Source: Anolis carolinensis (lineage: Eukaryota). From it: a stretch of 64,000 nt of DNA. Below the pieces are notes generated by a model. The model worked only from the letters and a program-made list of their open reading frames with translations, did not search any database and was not told the DNA's origin. This document shows positions 39,101 to 61,549 of the stretch, piece after piece (positions within the stretch are counted from its first letter, which is position 1; the number at the start of each line of letters is the position of its first letter). The stretch covers positions 87,373,923-87,437,922 of the forward strand of contig NC_085844.1 in assembly GCF_035594765.1 (NCBI RefSeq). The letters run 5' to 3'. The translations under genes were made by a program, and so were the position numbers.

Positions 39101-42054
39101 TCAATGCTGAAAACAGACAATAATAAATCAAAACAGTGGGTAAAACAATCTCAAAATAAACTTATAAAACTAAACAAAAATAATACATAATTGAACTTAA
39201 ATAAACACAATATAACCCATCGTACACAATTTCCACAGACTCAAGTAGGTGTCCAATATCTAGGCAAGGATATATATAAAGGTGTAGTAGTCTTTCTCCT
39301 CTCCATATGCTAAGGTACATAAATGAGTTTTAAAAGCTTTTTAAAGGAGAGATGGGTGGGGAGCCGTTTTTATTTCTTTAGCGAGGAAGTTCCAGAGGAG
39401 AAGGGCAACCACAGAGAAGACCCCCCTCTCTCGTTCCCAATGTTCCCAACCGTGCTTGAGAGGGGGGAGGGCGGGATCGAGAGGAGGGTCTCCCCTGTCA
39501 ACCACAGTGCTCAAGCTGGTTTGTATACGGAGATACGTTTTTTTCAAATAGATAAAGATATTAATATATTATTATCAACTGAAATCTAAGAAACTTAAAG
39601 TGCTTCACTTTTACTGAACCACCATTTGGTAGCAAATGCAACAACATTCTAAACCCCCTTCCACACAGCTGCACAAAATCCACATTGAACTGGATTATAT
39701 GGCAATGTAGACTCAGATAATCCAGTTCAAAGCAGATATTGTGGATTATCTGCCTTGATATTCTGGGTTATATGGCTGTGTGGAAGGGCCCTTTTTTCTT
39801 CTCTTGGCCCAAATGCAACTGAAGTATCTCTATCTATACTGCAATAATAAGAACAGAACTTGTTTTTTCTTTCTCCCTTCCCATTTTTTTTCTTGCGTGT
39901 TTGTCAAGTTTAGATGGCAACTCTGGTCTAGGGACTATCTTACAATCTATATCTGTAAACAATCCAGCAGCCTTTCTCTTTCTTTGGAGCAGCATATAAA
40001 GCAGTGGCTCCCAACCTTTGGGCCTCCAAGTGTTTTGGACTTCAACTCTCAGAAATGCCAGCCAGTTTACCAGCCGTTAGGAACTGTGGGAGCTGAAGTC
40101 CAAAACACCAGTAATATAAAGGAACAAAAGGACCTAAATCATCCAAATGCATAAGATGTGATTTGATCTTGGAAACTAAGCAGGATCAGCCATGGCTGGT
40201 ACCTGAATATCAGATTCTGTAGGGGTAGGAGGAAGGTTAAAACCTTTTTATTCAAGCAGGTTTTTAAAGAACAAAGCTTTTAAGTTCATCAGAGGCTGCT
40301 GTGATTTTATATGCTTTTCATAATGTTCAATACTGTTTTAATATTTGCATATTTGCATATTTTAAGTTGTATTGCAATGCTTTAGTTGTGAGCCACTTTG
40401 AGTCTCCGTATGGAGAGAAAAAGAGGAAGATAATTACAACAACAACAACAACAATAGGCTATATTTCAGAGGAAGAAACTGGCAAAGACATCTCTGTGGC
40501 CCCATCTATACTGCCATATAATCCACATTATCTGCCCTGAACTGGATTACATGAGGCCTCTTCTACATTGTCCTTATCTGATCCCAAATTATCTTCTCAT
40601 CCCAGATTGTATGGCAATGGAGACTTATATGTAAATCTATATATATAAAAGAGTGATGGCATCAGGGCAGTGGACAAAACAACAAAACTACAGGCCCCCC
40701 AACCTCGAAATTTGACAACACAACCCATCATCCACGCCTCTAGGTTGATACAACAAAAAGAAAAGAAAAATAAAGTCCTAATTAGAGGGAGAGCAATAAT
40801 TGTTTTTATCCAATTGCTGCCAGTTTAGAGGGCTAATCTCTGCCCACTTCGTTGCCTAGCAACCAAGGGACAGCCAGGTTTCAGTTAGGGGACAGGCAAA
40901 TTTAGGCCTCACTTAGGCTTCTTCCACAGATTATCTAATTTGCACTGGATTATATGGCAGTGTAGACTCAAGGTCCTTCCACACAGCTATATAACCCATT
41001 TATAATCTTATATTATCTGCTTTGCACTGGATTATCTTGACTCCACACTGCCATATAATCCACTTCAGTGTGCATTTTATACAACTGTGAAGAAGGGGCC
41101 TCATATAATCCAGTTCTAAGCAGATAATATAAGATGATCAATATACAGTAGACTCTCACTTATCCAACATAAACAGGCCGGCAGGATAAGTAAATATATT
41201 GGATAATAAGAAGGGATTCAGGAAAAGCTGATTAAACATCAAATTAGGTAATCGTTATACAAATTAAGCACCAAAACATCATATTATACAATAAATTTGA
41301 CAGAAAAGGTAGTTCCATGCGCAGTAATGCTATGTAGTAATTACAGTAGAGTCTCACTTATCCAACACTCGCTTATCTAACATTCTGGATTATCCAACGC
41401 ATTTTTGTAGTCAATGCTTTCAATATATCGTGATATTTTGGTGCTAAATTCATAAATACAGTAATTACTACATAGCATTACTGCGTATTGAACTACTTTT
41501 TCTGCCAAATTTGTTGTCTAACATGATGTTTTGGTGTTTCATTTGTAAAATCATAACCTAATTTGATATTTAATAGGCTTTTCCTTAACGCCTCCTTATT
41601 ATCCAACATATTCGGTAACCCAACATTTTGCCAGCCCACTTATGTTGGATAAGTAAGACTCTACTATACTGTATTTACAAATTTACCAGTAAAATATCAC
41701 AATGAATTTGAAACACTGACTACAAAAACATTGATTATGAAAAGGCAGACTGTGTTGGATAATCCAGAACATTGTATAAGCGAATGTTGGATAAGTGAGA
41801 TTCTACTTTGATATGAAATAATTTCTAGGATAGAATAATGCAGAACAATATAATCTCTAAAACCAGGACAGTAATAAAGAAATAAAGAAATAATGAAAGT
41901 AAATAAAGCAAGGAAATTGGAAATTCCACAAAGGAAACAATCAGGGCCAGCTAACACCTCCCAAGAAAGGATTCTTCCAGAAAGGAAGCTGAGAAGGCAG
42001 TGAAGCACTATGTATTACCAAAGTCATTATTATTACTATCATTACTATCCTTAC

Positions 42055-42091
<37 letters not shown>

Positions 42092-44424
42092 GTGTTGCGA
42101 TCAACCGTGAAAATGAATACAATCTGACTCCAAGTATTCAAAAACACTAAAATCAGAATATATAAAAATTAATGTGGTATAATAAAACAGAACAATACAA
42201 TCTCTAAAATCAGAACACTAAATAAAGAACAACACTCTGAAAATAGGGGAATTCCACACAGAAAACAATCAGGGCCAGCTAACACCTCCCAACAAAGGAT
42301 TCCCATCATCAAAGTCTGGCCAATCCTCTGTTTTCTCAGGGCCACAGACAGTAGAAGCATATAAAATATCGCAAACAACACCACTCTGAAAACAAGGTAA
42401 TTCCAGACAGGAAACAATCAGGGCCAGCTAACACCTCCCAACAAAAAAATCACTCAGGGAGGAAACAGCTAGGCTTTAAATCTGCAAGGCCATTACATCC
42501 TAATCATTTTTCCTAATTGCAGCATTCATACTTGCCTCCAACAGACAAAAAAAAAAACCCAAAACAATCAGAAATTTTGTATATTCACAATCTTTAGGAA
42601 ATAATATCCCCTGATGGCACAGCATGTTAAAGCGCTGAGCTGCTGAACTTCTGGACCGAAAGGCCGCAGGTTTGAATTGGGGGAACTGACAGAGCCCCCA
42701 CTGTTAGCCCCAGCTTCTGCCAACCCAGAAGTTCAAAAACATGTAAATGTGAGTGCATGAATAGGTACTGCTCCGGTGGGAAGGTAACGCCGCTCCATGC
42801 AGTCATCCCACATGACCTTGGAGGAGTCTACAGACAACGACGGCTCTTCGGCTTAGAAATGGAGATGAGCACCAACCCCCAGAATCAGACATGACTGGAC
42901 TTAACGTCAGGGGAAAACATTTACCCTTGACATTAACTACCACCAATTCCTCAATACTTTATTTCCCATACCACCATTCTTCGCCACAGCAACGCGTGGC
43001 CGGGCACAGCTAGTCTATATATATAAAAGAGTGATGGCATCAGGGCAGTGGACAAAACAACAAAACTACAGGCCCCCCAACCTCGAAATTTGACAACACA
43101 ACCCATCATCCACGCCTCTAGGTTGATACAACAAAAAGAAAAGAAAAATAAAGTCCTAATTAGAGGGAGAGCAATAATTGTTTTTATCCAATTGCTGCCA
43201 GTTTAGAGGGCTAATCTCTGCCCACTTCGTTGCCTAGCAACCAAGGGACAGCCAGGGTGCAGTTAGGGGACAGGCAAATTTAGGCCTCACTTAGTCTTCT
43301 TCCACAGATTATCTAATTTGCACTGGATTATATGGCAATGTAGACTCAAGGTCCTTCCACACAGCTATATAACCCATTTATAATCTTATATTATCTGCTT
43401 TGCACTGGATTATCTTGACTCCACACTGCCATATAATCCACTTCAGTGTGCATTTTATACAACTGTGAAGAAGGGGCCTCATGTAATCCAGTTCTAAGCA
43501 GATAATATAAGATGATCAATATACAGTAGACTCTCACTTATCCAACATAAACAGGCCGGCAGGATAAGTAAATATATTGGATAATAAGAAGGGATTCAGG
43601 AAAAGCTGATTAAACATCAAATTAGATAATCGTTATACAAATTAAGCACCAAAACATCATATTATACAACAAATTTGACAGAAAAGGTAGTTCCATGCGC
43701 AGTAATGCTATGTAGTAATTACAGTAGAGTCTCACTTATCCAACACTCGCTTATCCAACGTTCTGGATTATCCAACGCATTTTTGTAGTCAATGTTTTCA
43801 ATATATCGTGATATTTTGGTGCTAAATTCATAAATACAGTAATTACTACATAGCATTACTGCGTATTGAACTACTTTTTCTGCCAAATTTGTTGTCTAAC
43901 ATGATGTTTTGGTGTTTCATTTGTAAAATCATAACCTAATTTGATATTTAATAGGCTTTTCCTTAACGCCTCCTTATTATCCAACATATTCGGTTATCCA
44001 ACATTTTGCCAGCCCACTTATGTTGGATAAGTGAGACTCTACTGTACTGTATTTACAAATTTACCAGTAAAATATCACAATGAATTTGAAACACTGACTA
44101 CAAAAACATTGATTATGAAAAGGCAGACTGTGTTGGATAATCCAGAACATTGTATAAGCGAATGTTGGATAAGTGAGATTCTACTTTGATATGAAATAAT
44201 TTCTAGGATAGAATAATGCAGAACAATATAATCTCTAAAACCAGGACAGTAATAAAGAAATAAAGAAAGTAAATAAAGCAAGGAAATTGGAAATTCCACA
44301 AAGGAAACAATCAGGGCCAGCTAACACCTCCCAAGAAAGGATTCTTCCAGAAAGGAAGCTGAGAAGGCAGTGAAGCACTATGTATTACCAAAGTCATTAT
44401 TATTACTATCATTACTATCCTTAC

Positions 44425-44467
<43 letters not shown>

Positions 44468-47047
44468 GTGTTGCGGTCAACCGTGAAAATGAATACAATC
44501 TGGCTCCAAGTATTCAAAAACACTAAAATCAGAATATATAAAAATTAATGTGGTATAATAAAACAGAACAATACAATCTCTAAAATCAGAACACTAAATA
44601 AAGAACAACACTCTGAAAATAGGGGAATTCCACACAGAAAACAATCAGGGCCAGCTAACACCTCCCAACAAAGGATTCCCATCATCAAAGTCTGGCCAAT
44701 CCTCCGTTTTCTCAGGGCCACAGACAGTAGAAGCATATAAAATATCGCAAACAACACCACTCTGAAAACAAGGTAATTCCAGACAGGAAACAATCAGGGC
44801 CAGCTAACACCTCCCAACAAAAAAATCACTCAGGGAGGAAACAGATAGGCTTTAAATCTGCAAGGCCATTACATCCTAATCATTTTTCCTAATTGCAGCA
44901 TTCATACTTGCCTCCAACAGACAAAAAAAAAAACAATCAGAAATATTGTATATTCACAACCTTTAGGAAATAATGTCCCCTGATGGCACAGCATGTTAAA
45001 GCGCTGAGCTGCTGAACTTCTGGACCGAAAGGCCGCAGGTTTGAATTGGGGGAACTGACAGAGCCCCCACTGTTAGCCCCAGCTTCTGCCAACCCAGAAG
45101 TTCAAAAACATGTAAATGTGAGTGCATCAATAGGTACTGCTCCGGTGGGAAGGTAACGCCGCTCCATGCAGTCATCCCACATGACCTTGGAGGAGTCTAC
45201 AGACAACGATGGCTCTTCGGCTTAGAAATGGAGATGAGCACCAACCCCCAGAATCAGACACGACTGGACTTAATGTCAGGGGAAAACGTTTACCCTTTAC
45301 CTTAAGTACCACCAATTCCTCAATACTTTATTTCCCATACCACCATTCTTCGCCACAGCAACGCGTGGCCGGGCACAGCTAGTGTTATTGTAAATCTAAA
45401 ACCTTTTTATTTAGATGGGTGTTTAAAGATGAAGGTTCTTAAGATCAATTCAGTGGGTGCTGTGGTTTTTAATACTGTTTATATTTAATCCTGTTTTAAT
45501 GTACATATATTTGTATATTTTAAATGGTTATGCTGATGTTTTTATGTTAAACTGCTTTGAGTCCCCTTTAGAGGAGATAAAGCGGGGTATAAATAAATAT
45601 AATAATAATAATAATTCAGTTCAAAGTAGTTAACCTGGGATTTTTTTTTCTGTGTCAGGAGTGATTTGAGAAACTGCAAGTCGCTTCTGGTGTGAGAGAA
45701 TTGGCTGTCTGCAAGAACGTTGCCCAGGGGTCTCCCGGATGTTTTACCATCCTGTGGTAGGCTTCTCTCATGTCCCCGCATGGGAAACTGGAGCTGACAG
45801 ATGGGAACTCATCCCGCTCCCTGGATTCAAACCATTAGTAAGTAAGTAAAACTTTATTTATATACCGTCCTCTCTCCCCAAAGAGACTCAGGGCAGTTTA
45901 CAAGCATAAAAACAGCAACATACATTACAAGCAACACAATACACACATCATTAGACAAAACTGTGGACCTTTCAGTCAGCAGTCCTGCCAGCACAAGGAT
46001 TTAACTCACTGCATCACCTGGGATTAAATCCTTCGATATGGAGCCTCCGGTGGCCAAGGGGATAAAAGCCTTGTGACTTCAGGTTGGGTTGCTGACCTAA
46101 AGGCTGCCAGGTTCGAATCCTATCCGGGGAGAGTGTGGATGAGCTCCAGCTCCATGCTGGGACATGAGAGAAGCCTCCCACAAGGATGGTAATACATCAA
46201 AACATCTGGGCGTCCCCTGGGCAACGTCCTTGCAGACAGCCAATTCTCTCGCTCCAGAAACAACTCAGGTTGCTCCTGACATGAAAAAAAAAATCCTTCA
46301 ATATAAGAACAGTGTAGAAGGGGCCTGTTGGATCTACACTGCCCTATATTTCAGGATCTGATCCTAGATTATCTGCTTTGAACTGGATTGTATGAATCTA
46401 CACTGCCAGATAATATGGAATAAGAAAATAATCTGGGATTAGATCCTGGGATATAGGGCAATGCAGATCCAACCTTGGGGCCCTTCCACACAGCCATATA
46501 ACCCAGGGCCCTTCCATACAGGCCCTATATCCCAGGATCTGATCTCATGTTTTCTGTTTATCTCAGATAAACAGATACACTGCCAAATAACCCAGCAGAA
46601 ACTGTGCCTTGATACTCTGGGTTATATGGCTGTGTCGAAGGGCCCCTACATTGGCTGGGGCCGAGCAGCAAGAGCGTACTCTTCATACATGCTCAGAGGA
46701 ACTCTCTTCCTTCCAGAACGGGGCTGAAGTTCCTACACCTTCAAATTGACTTCACTGCCAAATCCTACCTTCTTTTATTTTTGAAAAAACAACAGCTTGC
46801 ATTACAGGACGAGTTCGGAACACAGCGGTAAGTGTTCTCCTGCGATGTAAGCGAGAAGAGCCTTCCGAGAGACCCAAGGTGAGCGCGGCCACAATGCGCA
46901 TGCGCACCCAAAGTGGCCTGTCAACAGTGGTAACACAGAGCGAAGGCAAAAGGCCTTCTTGTGAAGGCAAAGGCCCAACGGGACCGCCACCCACCTGAGC
47001 CAAGAGCAGCGACGCAGCTCCCGCCTCAGCAGCGCTCTCAGCGCCAT
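32987..47047 (-). CDS. GLRX2: Glutaredoxin-2 with N-terminal mitochondrial presequence, 146 aa
   Basis: complement(join 46995-47047, 36698-36761, 35246-35422, 32987-33133) = 441 nt. CSYC active site, TVP, GG motif, structural Cys in SDNCVV and VHQC. Exon 1 assignment is less certain than exons 2-4. Confidence 0.93.
34174..34468. mobile_element. CAC...GTG MITE (probably Chapaev3)
   Basis: CACTATGTGAC / GTTACGTAGTG, TSD TTA. Confidence 0.65.
35246..35422 (-). CDS. GLRX2: GLRX2 exon 3 (177 nt)
   Basis: ETISDNCVVIFSKTTCSYCNMAKKLF...QMTGGRT|gtgagt. Confidence 0.97.
36698..36761 (-). CDS. GLRX2: GLRX2 exon 2 (64 nt)
   Basis: ttttag|A ATG: MGNSPSITTDLSNTATANHIK|gtgagt. Confidence 0.92.
38080..38275 (-). 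mobile_element. 5S rRNA-derived SINE (SINE3-type) with RTE-like tail, old
   Basis: - strand tgatcttaaaggctaagcagg...cctggttaatacttggatggg matches the 5S internal control region; second copy ~40160-40500 (+) split by an L2 tail. Confidence 0.65.
38283..38546. mobile_element. Tc1/mariner MITE (second family)
   Basis: TA-flanked cagtagactttcagttaacc / ccagttatctgagagtttactg. Confidence 0.6.
38634..38955. mobile_element. Tc1/mariner MITE nested in a CAC...GTG MITE
   Basis: CAGTAGA.TCTCACTTA TIRs, TA TSD. Confidence 0.85.
39005..39540 (-). mobile_element. L2 LINE 3' fragment
   Basis: (AAC)n end, ccctatctc..gggtactcagggtgg stem-loop tail, similar to 11688-12147. Confidence 0.6.
40636..43013 (+). 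mobile_element. Composite non-autonomous Helitron, copy 1 (2378 bp)
   Basis: Preceded by A; starts TCTATATATATAAAA; GCCAC(A)GC-aac-GCGTGGC hairpin 42983-43000 then CTAG terminus; no TSD, no TIR, no RepHel ORF. Confidence 0.9.
43014..45382 (+). mobile_element. Composite non-autonomous Helitron, copy 2 (2369 bp)
   Basis: Begins TC directly after CTAG of copy 1; same hairpin and CTAG; followed by T (45383). Confidence 0.9.
45643..46015 (-). mobile_element. tRNA-headed A-tailed SINE with internal L2-tail insertion (~45835-45960)
   Basis: TSD ACCTGGGATT. Confidence 0.8.
46040..46290 (+). mobile_element. tRNA-headed A-tailed SINE
   Basis: B box ggttcgaatcc; TSD AAATCCTTC(G/A)ATAT. Confidence 0.8.
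46895..46906. promoter_or_regulatory. Perfect NRF1 palindrome TGCGCATGCGCA
   Basis: Exact 12-bp consensus, ~90 bp into GLRX2 intron 1. Confidence 0.7.
46995..47047 (-). CDS. GLRX2: GLRX2 exon 1, Arg/Leu-rich mitochondrial targeting peptide
   Basis: MALRALLRRELRRCSWL + AG|GTGGGT donor; phase 2 joins exon 2 (A ATG) in frame; lies in CpG island. Confidence 0.8.
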
Positions 47048-47364
47048 GGACAAAACTCGAAAAGGACCCCAAGGAAGCTGGGCGGCGATTGGGTCCTCTT
47101 TCCGCGCAGGCGTCTGCGAGGGCAGCCCCATGGGGTCCTCTTTCCCCTCGCCTCGCTGCTTTCTGCGCAAGCGCGGGACGGCGGCTGGGCCAGTCGGGTG
47201 GTCCGTGAGGCAGCTCGCGCGGCGGCTCGCGCTCGGTCGGTTTGTTTGTTTCCTGTCAGCGAAGGCCGGGGGCGCGTGAGGGGAGCCTTGAACGAAGGAG
47301 CGCGCCCTCGGCAGCCGCGAGAGATTGAGTGACTGACTGAAGGAAGGAAAGAAGGAAGGAGTGA

Positions 47365-60121
<12,757 letters not shown>

Positions 60122-61549
60122 TAGTAATACATTTTAGAGCTTGAGAAGAAAAGTGCTTTCATGTGTACTGTGCTAACCTTGGAATATACAATAGACCAAT
60201 TCCACATTTGTATACAAGAAAGTAAGCCCCATTACAGCCTATGTCACATAAATGCACACAGGATTACAGTCTGACACTTTCAGTGTTCACTCGCATGTTG
60301 TTTATTGTTCAGTGTACTTTAGTGACAATTATGTTTCTAATCCTAGTAGGGGTTGGTGTCTTCCAGCTGTTGTGACTGTTATGGTGTCTTCCAGCTTCAT
60401 ACAGATTGGAATAGTCCTTAATTTGATGCACCAAAGCTTTCCAGCAAAGTTACACAATTCTTAAAGTTGGACATTTTATATTTCTTCTGTCAGAATGTAT
60501 CCCCGAGACATGATTACATGCGTTAGAAGTGTAACTTTCTTTGACTTCTGAGACCTATTTTGATTACAAAACTATCTACTAGTTATTGAGTTTGTGACTT
60601 AGTGATTGAAGAAGGTAATGCACACTCCACCCAGAGGAATTTAGATTAATTCAAGTGGATTGTTGGTTTTTAGAAACTAAAGGACTTCCCTTGAGATGCA
60701 CATGTTTTTACAGTCTTGCAGCTGTGCTTCAAGTAGACCCACTGTTATCCTTTTTTACTACAGATTATATGTAATGTCGGTGTTAATCATTTGTTTAGGA
60801 TTTGATGAACCAACATCATACTTCATTTCTGCTTTGTTCAAAATCTCCAGATTACATATTAAAATCATATAGAAAGTCTACCCATAAAGGTGCTTTTAGA
60901 AGCAGAATTTCGGGGTTTGAGTCAAGACATGTATCCTTCCTTACCTTTTTTTCATCTTAAATGATTTCTTTTATATCTGTCTACTGGGGTTTGGGAACTT
61001 GTCTCTGATATTAAAATAAATATGGACATTTTGGCAGAATTCTGACTTGAAATCTCAAAGGAAAGATTTTCAGTGTACTTTGTTCCTTTTAATCTGTATT
61101 GGTAGCAGTCAGTTGTAATACATACCTAGGCAGAAAGCAAAGTGAAAATTGGTCCACACTGTTGCAGAAGGGACTCCTATGCCAATCAAAATCATCCACT
61201 GAAGTAGCAAATACAATGTATTATATTTTGTGATACCAATATGAAGGCCTTTCAGTAGAAAATTCATGTGAAAATGTGTGCCAAATAGCAACTGTATTAG
61301 GTAAAAACAAATATTTCTTGACCTACAAAACCTAGGAAATATTCATTGACTCTGCTGCCTAAAAATATTCAGGATCTGGTTTGGCAGAAAAAAGATAAAC
61401 CCTGTGAATAGTATGTGCTGTCTCTTTACGATTTAACCATATGTGCTTTGTTCTTCTAGAAAGTTGTTGATTTAAATTCCCATGTGGTGCACTTCAGAGA
61501 AATAACTTTAGATTTATATGGTGAGGCTTTAAGGATTTGGATTTGAAAC

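Noticed and set aside
41930-42445. Three ~30-bp direct repeats with spacers, CRISPR-like at a glance
   Set aside because: Eukaryotic TE internal repeats; spacers irregular (~150-330 bp) and mutually similar; no cas genes.
41697-44793. Paired near-identical ORFs with poly-Ile tracts
   Set aside because: Artefacts of the duplicated Helitron and its (TTA)n microsatellite; no splice or domain support.
60931-60940. U12-type donor motif GTATCCTT in CDC73 intron 7 (also ~2559)
   Set aside because: An 8-mer expected by chance in 64 kb on two strands; candidate upstream exons (31/28/25 nt) have no coding support; the 2559 copy is antisense to UCHL5.
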